A stretch of DNA of 64,000 nt from a virus. Shown in pieces: positions 55,155-63,968 of the stretch (positions within the stretch are counted from its first letter, which is position 1; each line of letters begins with the position of its first letter). The stretch is taken from IMG/VR virus record IMGVR_UViG_3300009151_009555. One strand, 5' to 3'. The translations under genes and the position numbers were made by a program. The notes beneath the pieces were generated by a model that saw nothing but the letters and a program-made list of their open reading frames with translations, did no database searches and was not told the origin of the DNA.

Positions 55155-55586
55155 TTATTTAAGTGTTTCGTTTATTCGTTGTTCTCTGAATGATTGCATG
55201 TCCATATTTGTTTCTTTAAACTCAAAAAATGTTAAATTGACCATCTTATCATATTGTTGAGCTTCTTCTTTACTCGCCTTAGGATGTAAGACATTTTCAT
55301 AGGATGACCAGATATCTTTCTTCTCAATCATACCATATTTCTCAACAAGTTTTTTGTTGAAGTCTTCATATGTATCGATATCAACTGTCAAAATTTCTTC
55401 CATATCGTATGAGTAGTTTGCGATGTTTTCGGTCTTGAACTCTTCTATGTTCAGATCCTCGACTTTTTTTATGGCATCTTCTTTCGAGAAGACTATGGTA
55501 TCCGGTGTTCCACCGCCACCATCAAACTCCGAATATATGTTGTCGTCGTATTCGAATCCTTTTCTTAAAATAACATATGCTTTCAT
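55155..55586 (-). CDS. hypothetical acidic protein, 143 aa
   Basis: ORF track. Confidence 0.45.
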   Translation of the reverse strand: MKAYVILRKGFEYDDNIYSEFDGGGGTPDTIVFSKEDAIKKVEDLNIEEFKTENIANYSYDMEEILTVDIDTYEDFNKKLVEKYGMIEKKDIWSSYENVLHPKASKEEAQQYDKMVNLTFFEFKETNMDMQSFREQRINETLK

Positions 55587-56041
55587 ATTCCTAATTGATT
55601 TAATTTTATACTTCTTTTTTTCTTTTCGTCCATAAGTATCTCTACTTCATGTCTTTTAAGCCAAGACCCGGTCATGAAGTTTAGTATGGCTTGTTTGTTT
55701 GCTGGATCTTTGGCGTAGCTGTCGTGTGATCTATAGTCGATTGCTTTTACCTTTACACTATCCACGGATACTTCCAAAATCTCTACTTCGTATGTAACAG
55801 TGAACGGAATAGGTTTTTCATCGTCGCTGCCTTTAGTTGATAGTCCGTATCCTGGAACAATCGCGTTGTCTCCTGGTTCTATCTCAACAAGTTCTTGTGC
55901 GTCTTCTTTGGTTTTGTTTAGATCCAATTTTGCTTTGTCTAACTCTTTGTTCAGTTCTATCACTTTGGTAAATAAAATCATAGCAAATACGATAGATATT
56001 AAAGTAAGAGATGCTAAAACAAGCATTATTATATTAGTCAT
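55583..56041 (-). CDS. membrane-anchored C-terminal-tag family protein (...KRSIKLNQLGI)
   Basis: ORF track. N-terminal TM helix. Confidence 0.5.
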   Translation of the reverse strand: MTNIIMLVLASLTLISIVFAMILFTKVIELNKELDKAKLDLNKTKEDAQELVEIEPGDNAIVPGYGLSTKGSDDEKPIPFTVTYEVEILEVSVDSVKVKAIDYRSHDSYAKDPANKQAILNFMTGSWLKRHEVEILMDEKKKRSIKLNQLGI

Positions 56042-56453
56042 TTCCTAAAAGTTTTGTAAGGTTTGCGTTTCTGTTTATAATATTGTCTCCACCAACAAGC
56101 TTTTTGATATGATCGACTGAATATTTGTATGATGTTCCGTTTGGTGCTTGTGCAATGACCGGGTATTTTCTATTCTTTGTTTTGATGTCTGTGATGATCA
56201 TCTCTCCCATGTTTGCATTAAACGACAAGCCGATTACGTTTTGAGTAAATCCTAATCTACGGCATATACCTTCATAGATAGAATCTACTTTCTCGCTTTT
56301 TTCGGTAGTCGAAACTTTCATTGTCGCTGAATAGTATGCACTGTTGTATTTTATGGATCCAAAAGATATGGATACACCTTCTTCTTTTTCGATTTGAGCA
56401 ATTGCTGCTTGTATCTTCGCTTGTACTTTGTTTATCTTAGTATCTGTTATCAT
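56034..56453 (-). CDS. hypothetical protein
   Basis: ORF 56034..56480 trimmed to the ATG at 56453 (MITDTKINKV). Confidence 0.4.
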   Translation of the reverse strand: MITDTKINKVQAKIQAAIAQIEKEEGVSISFGSIKYNSAYYSATMKVSTTEKSEKVDSIYEGICRRLGFTQNVIGLSFNANMGEMIITDIKTKNRKYPVIAQAPNGTSYKYSVDHIKKLVGGDNIINRNANLTKLLGND

Positions 56454-56528
56454 ATCTTTTCCCTTTCTACAAATATACAAAAAATGCCGATATAAAATAT
56501 ATCGGCATTAAAAAAATACTAAAAAAGA

Positions 56529-56849
56529 TTATTTCTTCTCACCAGTAATAATCTTGACATTGGTTGTAACTGCGTCCATCATGTCTTTCATTGCTTCGTG
56601 ATAAGCGATAAAAGCTTTGTGGTACTTCATGTTGTTTTCCAATATCTCTTTCGAGTTTTTAAGAGTAGATTCAGTTCCTTTGGTGAAAGTATTGAATACT
56701 TCAAATGGATTTGTGAACATGTTCTTAACAAGCTCGTTTGTATCCAAATTGGATTTGGATTTCTCAGACATGTCTTTATAGACAGTTGTCAATGTTTCTT
56801 TTTGAATTTCGGCCATCTTTTGCCAGTTTTCCATTATTTTTTCTATCAT
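56529..56849 (-). CDS. hypothetical protein, 106 aa
   Basis: ORF track. Confidence 0.45.
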   Translation of the reverse strand: MIEKIMENWQKMAEIQKETLTTVYKDMSEKSKSNLDTNELVKNMFTNPFEVFNTFTKGTESTLKNSKEILENNMKYHKAFIAYHEAMKDMMDAVTTNVKIITGEKK

Positions 56850-56869
56850 ATCTATTTTATTTAATTTTT

Positions 56870-57301
56870 TTAAAAAGTTGGAGGTTCTATCAATTTTTCT
56901 GAAGATTCTTCTTCATTTTTAAGATTCTCTGCAACATATTCCAAATAATCAATATTTTGCTTAGTACTTTCTGTGACATTATCGGAATATTCCAAAATAG
57001 AATCTATTTTAGTATCTCTTTCTAATATTTTGAATTTCTGTTTCAGAAAATCTTCAATCTCATTGCTGAAGCTTACATTGTTCTTCTTCAGCTCGTCGTA
57101 GTATGGTTTTCCCAATACATTGAGTGTTGATATCATCATTGCTGTAGTTCCGTCTATATAACCAGATACTTCTACATCTTCTCCCAATATGTGGTACTTT
57201 GTTTTAGCTATAGTAGTAGTATTGAAAATAGTTCCTTGTAATCCACTACTACTAATCGTGGTAGAGTTGCTATTGTAATATGGATTTAAATGTATTGCCA
57301 T
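56870..57301 (-). CDS. hypothetical protein, 143 aa
   Basis: ORF track. Confidence 0.45.
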   Translation of the reverse strand: MAIHLNPYYNSNSTTISSSGLQGTIFNTTTIAKTKYHILGEDVEVSGYIDGTTAMMISTLNVLGKPYYDELKKNNVSFSNEIEDFLKQKFKILERDTKIDSILEYSDNVTESTKQNIDYLEYVAENLKNEEESSEKLIEPPTF

Positions 57302-57386
57302 ATTTTTTATATTAAATATTTTGAAAAAGTTGAAAAACGGGTTTTAAAAGTAAATATATACAATATAAAAAAATAAAAATTATAAT

Positions 57387-58028
57387 ATGAAACATATTAA
57401 AACATTTGAAAGTTTTTCTCCAGTAAATGAAGAATTCTTAGGATTGGACAGACTTTGGGATAAAGCTAAAGATGCTGTTTCTGCTTGGGCTGACAGAAGA
57501 AAAAAAGCTGCGGCTGAAGGATTACTACAAGTTATTGATTCAAAAGGAGAAGATCCAGAAATGCAAAAAGCATTAGCTGATATGAAAGCGGCTGCTACAA
57601 GATTATCTCCAGAAGATAAAGAAATTATTGCTTCTTTTGCAGAAGGAAATATTCCTGAAGTTCCAGAAGGACCTGAAGATGTTGAGATTAAAGAAATTGC
57701 GGAATCTTTGAGAAGTAAAAAACTTATCAGAGAATCTATTCAGATTATTTTAGAAGAAGAAGGTTTGGCCGCAAAAATCGCTAAATACTTAGGTTTAAGT
57801 GTTGCTTCTATTTCTTTTGTTACTTGCATTATAAGTGTTATCAAAATGGCTATTATAGGTCATGGATATACTGTGATATTTGCAGGATTAACATTAGGAA
57901 CTATTGTAGGAATCTTAATGGGTGCTACTTTCTTAGCAGCTATTATTGGTGGTATAGGTTATGCTAATGATATGGAAGATCCAAAACCGAGAATTCCATC
58001 TGGCCGTCCACAACCACGAAGAAGATAA
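57387..58028 (+). CDS. MK-N-terminal family protein (MKHIKTFESF) with C-terminal TM helices and a Pro/Arg tail
   Basis: ORF track. TAAATATATACAATAT lies 17 nt upstream. A terminator follows at 58044..58077. Confidence 0.55.
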   Translation: MKHIKTFESFSPVNEEFLGLDRLWDKAKDAVSAWADRRKKAAAEGLLQVIDSKGEDPEMQKALADMKAAATRLSPEDKEIIASFAEGNIPEVPEGPEDVEIKEIAESLRSKKLIRESIQIILEEEGLAAKIAKYLGLSVASISFVTCIISVIKMAIIGHGYTVIFAGLTLGTIVGILMGATFLAAIIGGIGYANDMEDPKPRIPSGRPQPRRR

Positions 58029-58055
58029 TAAAAATATTGAAAATAAAAAAGAGAG

Positions 58056-58292
58056 TTATTTGCTCTCTTTTTTGTTTTCAATATCTTTTAACTGTTTTTC
58101 AACTTCTGCGTCTATACCAGATTCTTTAAGACAAAACTTAACGATAAAGTAGTTAATAAACAAAATCATAATCGCAAATGGAATACTTGTGAAGATTTCT
58201 TTCAATCCTACCAAAGATAATATAAAGATAAACATTACCAACGTGAAGATGTGGTGTATCGTTTTATAGTTTTTTAAATAAAAGTTTTTCAT
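58056..58292 (-). CDS. small membrane protein, 78 aa
   Basis: ORF track. Two hydrophobic helices. Confidence 0.4.
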   Translation of the reverse strand: MKNFYLKNYKTIHHIFTLVMFIFILSLVGLKEIFTSIPFAIMILFINYFIVKFCLKESGIDAEVEKQLKDIENKKESK

Positions 58293-58339
58293 AGTTTCTC
58301 TGTTTTGATTTGTTTGTTTTACAAATATACGAATCTTTT

Positions 58340-58774
58340 TTAGATACCCAAATTTTTTAGAGATTTTTCTCTTTTAAATGATTTAATTTTTGCTTGGTCC
58401 ATTGTTTCTTCTTGTCTTCTACAAACTTCCACTATGTCGTTTTTTAATATTCTTCCCAGCCAGTCTATATGTACAAAGGTATAGATTCTCTTTTCATCTA
58501 TCTCACTATCGAGATGTTGAATCATAGTATATCCTTTATTGTGTTTATATTTTCTGATTGATCCAAAGTCGTATATCTTTGTCTTGTTGATCCAACCAAC
58601 CGGTATCGTCTTCCTGAACCGCGGAAGGTATATCAGATATATTATGATACTATGTAGAAAAGAGATACCCTTCCATTTTATGGAAATAGCCTCTAATATA
58701 ATGTATAGAATAAATAGACATCCGGCTATTCCTAGCGAGATTATTATAGTTCCGTCTTTGAGTATTTCTATCAT
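58340..58774 (-). CDS. membrane C-terminal-tag family protein (...EKSLKNLGI)
   Basis: ORF track. Confidence 0.5.
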   Translation of the reverse strand: MIEILKDGTIIISLGIAGCLFILYIILEAISIKWKGISFLHSIIIYLIYLPRFRKTIPVGWINKTKIYDFGSIRKYKHNKGYTMIQHLDSEIDEKRIYTFVHIDWLGRILKNDIVEVCRRQEETMDQAKIKSFKREKSLKNLGI

Positions 58775-58813
58775 ATTTTCACCAAAGATAGTTCTTTTTT
58801 ATATATATATTCT

Positions 58814-59026
58814 ATGAATAAAATTATTTTTGGCTTATTACTTCTTTTCTCATGTGCGGCCAAAGGACCTAACTATAGCAACAATAGAAATGGAGAACAA
58901 AGGATGAACACCGTTTTGAAAGAGGGTAAGAGAATGAGAAAACAGATGTCTAATGCCAGAAAAAAAGGTGCACGTGAGAAAATAGGAATCACGCTAAGCC
59001 CTAAAAAAAGAAGAAAATACGTATGA
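58814..59026 (+). CDS. small basic putative lipoprotein, 70 aa
   Basis: N-terminus MNKIIFGLLLLFSCAAK with a Cys after a hydrophobic stretch. TTTTTATATATATATTCT lies at the ATG. Confidence 0.45.
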   Translation: MNKIIFGLLLLFSCAAKGPNYSNNRNGEQRMNTVLKEGKRMRKQMSNARKKGAREKIGITLSPKKRRKYV

Positions 59027-59664
59027 GTGAAAGAAAAACACTTGGATTATCACCACTTATCATAGTTGAACCAAATTCGACTCTTGTGGAATATTACCAA
59101 AAAGCAAAGGAATTTGAAATGAGAGAGATGTTAGTTAGTAAGGTAGATGGTGATGAATGGCTTTATATACAAAGTAACATAGACCAAAACATATTCTTAC
59201 TAAAGAAATTAGAAAATCTTGGATTGATTCCAGATTCTGGAAAGATATGTGATTGTGGAATTGGACTGGGAACAGCGATATTTGACATCTATTTACAGTC
59301 TAAAGATCTTGGAAAAAAATACTCCTTCGTAGGAATAGAAAAACAATCAAAATACGTAGACTATCTTATTAAAGAACTTTTGTCATTTTGGAATGATGAT
59401 TTGGAAATAATATTAGGGGATTTAATGTGTCAAAGATATGACAATTTTGATATTGTCTATAGTTATACTCCCTTTAAGGATGTTGAAAAGCTAAGACAGT
59501 TCTATCTTAAAGTAATATCTGAAATGTCTGAAGGATCTATTCTGATTGAAAATAAAAATTGGGGATTAGGAGAAGGTGAAATTCTTTCTTCTATATCAGA
59601 TGATATAACGCCAATCGATTTGGATGGATTGACAGTATTTCAAAAAAAAAGCGTATCTAAATGA
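59023..59664 (+). CDS. class I SAM-dependent methyltransferase-like protein; paralog of 24691..25308
   Basis: Motif I ICDCGIGLGTAIFD and the same shared blocks as its paralog. A terminator follows at 59643..59677. Confidence 0.5.
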   Translation: MSERKTLGLSPLIIVEPNSTLVEYYQKAKEFEMREMLVSKVDGDEWLYIQSNIDQNIFLLKKLENLGLIPDSGKICDCGIGLGTAIFDIYLQSKDLGKKYSFVGIEKQSKYVDYLIKELLSFWNDDLEIILGDLMCQRYDNFDIVYSYTPFKDVEKLRQFYLKVISEMSEGSILIENKNWGLGEGEILSSISDDITPIDLDGLTVFQKKSVSK

Positions 59665-59676
59665 TACGCTTTTTTA

Positions 59677-61785
59677 TTAGTTGATTCCTAAGGAAGTTAT
59701 TTTTTTGTCTCGTAAGAAACTTTTTAGCTTGTTTATATCGTGATCTTCATCAATCTCGATTATTTTCGTTCCCTCTGGGAAGTCAAGGAAAGGTTCACCT
59801 CCACCCTGTATGTAAACAAGATCATCATTTGGATCGAAGTCTGTTGCGAATCCGCCTTTTTCAAGTTTTACTCCAACTCTGATTGTACCTTGAAAGTTTG
59901 GAATCAATAGTGCCGATGTTCCACCAAGCTCGTCTGTACCGTTTTTATTGATGAATTTCTCATACTCTTTGAAAGTAGTCGCAGAAGCGAATCCTGCAGT
60001 TTCGAAGTAGATGTCGTCTTTTCTCTGACCACCGACTCTGATATCTAAACCATAGAAGTCGTCTGTTAAAGTTACATCAGCATCACTATAGTGTGCAGTA
60101 TCTGGAGCACTCCATAAAATTACATCTGTTGGTTCGTCATAAGTCAAAAGCTCTTGAGTTTGGTATCCGTTATCAACCTCGATAGTTTCTTTGGATGATT
60201 CTAAGCCTTTGAAATCTTCATCAGTAACCTCGTCAGTAACTTCTTCTTTCTCATAAGAGTTTGACCCTGCTGCTTTGTCGAAATCAGGATCTTGCTCGAA
60301 TCCTTTTTTAATCATCTTAGCAACAAGTTGGTGCCAGTTTAAAGTTCCACTATATGTAATGTCTCCATCATCGTTTAAGTTAAACTTACCATCAATATCG
60401 ATTGATTTGATAGATTTCTGTATTGTGTTTAACTCAATAAAGTCTTTTTTGATTTGGTCAAGTTCGTCTTCGGTAAGTTCTTCGGTACTCTTATTCAAAT
60501 AATCTTTAGAGTAGTCAGATCCTTTCTTAGCAATCTTAATCAAATTATATCCTTCAGTAAGCATATTAAAAAGAACATCTTTTTTAAGCTTCATGATATC
60601 AGCGATTTTGTCCGCGATGTGTCGAGACGATTCGTCTAACCCAGTGTCGTGTTTCTTTTCTTCTGATACAAAGAATACATAACCATTTGGTTCTTCGTTA
60701 GGTTGCATCGTATCAAGTCTAGTCTCAAGAATACCAAGTTTTTCTTTATTCTCAGTAATCTTAGATTCTGCTTGTTTGACATCCATCTTAAACTTGTTGA
60801 TTTCTTTCTGATGGTCTTCGATACGAGATTTAAGTTCGTTGACTTTGTCTTCGTTCATCTTACGGAAAGACTCTTCCATAAAAGAAAGTGCAACTGATTT
60901 TGTTTCTTCAACTGGTTCTTCAACTACTACGATTTCTTCTTCAACAACTTCATCTGTTGTTTCTGTATCGTCTGAATCACCAAACAACATATCTAATACT
61001 GACAATCCTTTGTCAGATAATTCTTTGATTTCTTCCATCTTTTTATCTTCTTCTTCAAATATTGATCTTAGTTTATCAATCGGTTTTTCGTTTTCTACTT
61101 CTAAGTAACATCTTTTTCCATCGATGTCTGCAAACTCTAAGTTTGCCACTACGAACTTTTGTGCATAACCAGTAACATCTGTTTCATCAATCTCGTCAAT
61201 CAATCGTTGAATCATAGCAGCATCAGAAAAGTTTGTTCCTTCTTGCTCTTCGAACTTAATAGTTCCTTCGTCACAGATTGTAATCTTAAAGATAGCACCT
61301 TCTAACATACCAGATAATTTCTCACCTTTCACAAAAGCGATGTCTCTGATATATCGAATCTTAGCACCGTTTACAGCAGATACGAAGCTTAAGAATTTTC
61401 TTTTCGGCTTGAACTCACCAATGATAATTTCTTTAACTTCTTCAACTTCTTCAGTTGATTCTTCTTTACTAACCGGTAAGAATTCCTTTTTCAATTCATG
61501 ATCATAAACTTCTTGTCCTAAGTTCTTATCGTTTATGAAGTCTTGGATAAATTTGGTAAAATTAAAATCTTCAAAATATTCTTGCATATGTTTATCATTT
61601 GGATAAATAACCAATTCGTCATTTACTACTTCTAAGAAACAAGTACAATCTTCCCAAGCATCGCCAGGTCCTTCATCGCCAACATAAACTAATATTTTAG
61701 TTTTTTTCTCACCATCTTTAGATTCAAAATGAGTAATGTTTGTTTTCTTTCTTACTATTAATGTAGCCGTTTTTTCCGTTAACAT
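59677..61785 (-). CDS. 702-aa acidic coiled-coil protein ending with a tag variant (...RDKKITSLGIN)
   Basis: ORF track. Long Glu/Asp-rich and coiled-coil central region. The minus-strand box GTTCCTTATATTTGTTGAA lies upstream. Confidence 0.55.
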   Translation of the reverse strand: MLTEKTATLIVRKKTNITHFESKDGEKKTKILVYVGDEGPGDAWEDCTCFLEVVNDELVIYPNDKHMQEYFEDFNFTKFIQDFINDKNLGQEVYDHELKKEFLPVSKEESTEEVEEVKEIIIGEFKPKRKFLSFVSAVNGAKIRYIRDIAFVKGEKLSGMLEGAIFKITICDEGTIKFEEQEGTNFSDAAMIQRLIDEIDETDVTGYAQKFVVANLEFADIDGKRCYLEVENEKPIDKLRSIFEEEDKKMEEIKELSDKGLSVLDMLFGDSDDTETTDEVVEEEIVVVEEPVEETKSVALSFMEESFRKMNEDKVNELKSRIEDHQKEINKFKMDVKQAESKITENKEKLGILETRLDTMQPNEEPNGYVFFVSEEKKHDTGLDESSRHIADKIADIMKLKKDVLFNMLTEGYNLIKIAKKGSDYSKDYLNKSTEELTEDELDQIKKDFIELNTIQKSIKSIDIDGKFNLNDDGDITYSGTLNWHQLVAKMIKKGFEQDPDFDKAAGSNSYEKEEVTDEVTDEDFKGLESSKETIEVDNGYQTQELLTYDEPTDVILWSAPDTAHYSDADVTLTDDFYGLDIRVGGQRKDDIYFETAGFASATTFKEYEKFINKNGTDELGGTSALLIPNFQGTIRVGVKLEKGGFATDFDPNDDLVYIQGGGEPFLDFPEGTKIIEIDEDHDINKLKSFLRDKKITSLGIN

Positions 61786-61814
61786 ATTTTAAATTTTAGA
61801 TTTATTCAACAAAT

Positions 61815-61831
61815 ATAAGGAACTTATTTTA
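61815..61831 (-). promoter_or_regulatory. class-B box GTTCCTTATATTTGTTG upstream of the 702-aa gene
   Basis: Motif instance. Confidence 0.45.
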
Positions 61832-61888
61832 ATAAAAAAGAAAATACACTAAAAAAGCGGATTTAATTTCATGTAACATCATGATATA

Positions 61889-63124
61889 CTATATACTTAT
61901 ATTTACTTTGTCGTAAATTTTTACTCTGGCCATAAGTTCTGTTCCTAACTTTTCAACAATACCAACTACTAATGCATTACCCATAAAAAACGCTCTTTTT
62001 GTCGGTGTGACACCTTCTATGTAAGTATGATTGTCAGGAAACATATTTAATCTTTCAAGTTCTAAAGGTGTTAGTCTTCTATGTGTGTCTCCTACTTTAA
62101 TAACATGTTTGAATCTCGACGCGGATTTCCCACCCTCACCAGTTATGATTGTTCTTGAAGGTTTGTCGATTGGATCTGGAAAAGTCATTCCACCTTCTGA
62201 ATAAAAATATTCAAATCCATCTGCAGTAGTTCTTTTCTCTTTTTTCGCACCTTTCAGGTATTCCCATTTTGTTAAATCATCTACAAAGAATTCTTTTTCG
62301 ATTTTTCCAGATTCTAAAATATCTCCTAATACTGTTCTTGGTCCACTATAATCAGCAGCTACTTTCTTAGTCATTACCATACCATCTATCATCACTCCAG
62401 AGTTTTCAAAAGGAGATGTTTTCTTTCCTTTGTTGAAGTCAGAAGATACAGAAAGAATATCTCCTTTTATGTTGAAATGAAGAAACCTTTCTTCGTTTTT
62501 GATTGTAGGAAAAGATCTTGTTGATATTCCATTATCAATAAGCCAAGCCGCTTGATTTTCTTTTATTGTTTCGTAGATGTCAGTTCCTTTTAAGAATCCC
62601 ATTATGAAAACTCTTTTCCTTCTTTGAGGCATTCCATAGTCCGCAGCATTGATTACTCTCCACTCTACAGCATAACCAAGTTCTTCTAAGCTTTTTAGAA
62701 TGACCGCAAAGTCTCTGCCCCTTTGTGCTGTTGGTGATTTCAATATTCTATCTACGTTCTCTAAAAGAATGTATTTAGGTTTTACTTCTTTATCTCTAAG
62801 AATTTTGTGTATTGACCACCAAAGAACTCCTTTCTTTCCAATAAGTCCTTTTGAGTTTTGTGATGTACTTGCTACAGAATAATCTTGACATGGAAATCCA
62901 CCAACTAATAAATCAAAGTCTGGCATCTTACTTACATCAACATCATTCACATCTATGTTTGTGTGTCCATCAGATCCAAATCTTGCTTCATAAACTTCAG
63001 AAGCCCATTGTTTTTTTGTACTTGGTTCCCATTGATTACTGAATACCACTTCATATCCACCAGCTCTTTCAAGTCCTACTCTGAATCCACCAACACCTGC
63101 AAAAAGTTCTGCTACTCTTATCAT
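61889..63124 (-). CDS. dcm: DNA (cytosine-5)-methyltransferase, second copy
   Basis: Motif I LFAGVGGFRVG, motif IV GGFPCQDYS, motif VI LLENVDRIL. Confidence 0.9.
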   Translation of the reverse strand: MIRVAELFAGVGGFRVGLERAGGYEVVFSNQWEPSTKKQWASEVYEARFGSDGHTNIDVNDVDVSKMPDFDLLVGGFPCQDYSVASTSQNSKGLIGKKGVLWWSIHKILRDKEVKPKYILLENVDRILKSPTAQRGRDFAVILKSLEELGYAVEWRVINAADYGMPQRRKRVFIMGFLKGTDIYETIKENQAAWLIDNGISTRSFPTIKNEERFLHFNIKGDILSVSSDFNKGKKTSPFENSGVMIDGMVMTKKVAADYSGPRTVLGDILESGKIEKEFFVDDLTKWEYLKGAKKEKRTTADGFEYFYSEGGMTFPDPIDKPSRTIITGEGGKSASRFKHVIKVGDTHRRLTPLELERLNMFPDNHTYIEGVTPTKRAFFMGNALVVGIVEKLGTELMARVKIYDKVNISI

Positions 63125-63453
63125 ATTCCTAATTTCTCTAGTTTTTTATCTCTTCTCCATTGTTCATCTGGTCGAACTGTTCCTGGATGAAGAGTTGTCG
63201 TATAGTTTTTGTTGTCTGTTATGTTTAACCTCCACCCATACGCATACTTTATATATCCAGACACTACGTAGTTGCCGTAGTATTCTGTTGCACCTTTACT
63301 TGTTTTCTCACATGTCATTCCTATAGGATACCATCTTTTGAGTATCTCTTCCTGTATGTTGTGTGTTGTATGATTGAATCTATAAAGTTCTTCTTGTGTA
63401 TTCTTACCTTCATATTCCCAATACGTCATTGCTTTCTTTCCGTATGTACTCAT
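63121..63453 (-). CDS. C-terminal-tag family protein (...RDKKLEKLGI)
   Basis: ORF track. Confidence 0.5.
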   Translation of the reverse strand: MSTYGKKAMTYWEYEGKNTQEELYRFNHTTHNIQEEILKRWYPIGMTCEKTSKGATEYYGNYVVSGYIKYAYGWRLNITDNKNYTTTLHPGTVRPDEQWRRDKKLEKLGI

Positions 63454-63869
63454 ATAGATTCTTCTAATAGGTTATCAAGCTTTGAATCTCTGTTCTCCGC
63501 CAATGTTTTTATTTCTTGAACAAATATTCGATATATCTTTTTCTCGTTTATTATGTTGAGTGATATGTTTGCGGTCGGTCCTGCATATCCGTTCGATGTA
63601 GAAGATATTATTGGATTGTCTATTATAATCGTCTTTAGAAATTCGTATCCAATAGGAAGTATGGTTTCAAACTCCATTTCTTTTTTTATCTGAAAGAAGA
63701 AAGATTTATTTTCAGGTCCATATTCATGCATCGTTTCTATCTCGACTATTGCCAAAAAAGTTCCATCTAGTATATTTACATCCACAACTTTAGAAAAAGG
63801 AGGAACTTCAATACGTACATTGTCTGTATAGTCGTTCATCAACTGGTTGTATGTCTTAAATTTCTTCAT
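63450..63869 (-). CDS. hypothetical protein, 139 aa
   Basis: ORF track. Confidence 0.45.
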   Translation of the reverse strand: MKKFKTYNQLMNDYTDNVRIEVPPFSKVVDVNILDGTFLAIVEIETMHEYGPENKSFFFQIKKEMEFETILPIGYEFLKTIIIDNPIISSTSNGYAGPTANISLNIINEKKIYRIFVQEIKTLAENRDSKLDNLLEESI

Positions 63870-63903
63870 ACTATTTATATGATTATATAAAAAATGGTTT
63901 AAC

Positions 63904-63935
63904 TAAAAAAGAGGAATACCCGAAGATATTCCTCT
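63904..63935 (-). terminator. minus-strand terminator GAGGAATA-loop-TATTCCTC plus T6
   Basis: 8-bp stem. The T-run is on the minus strand, downstream of the partial tRNA. Confidence 0.45.
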
Positions 63936-63968
63936 CATAAAGAACTATGATGTTCTTTTACACAAACG

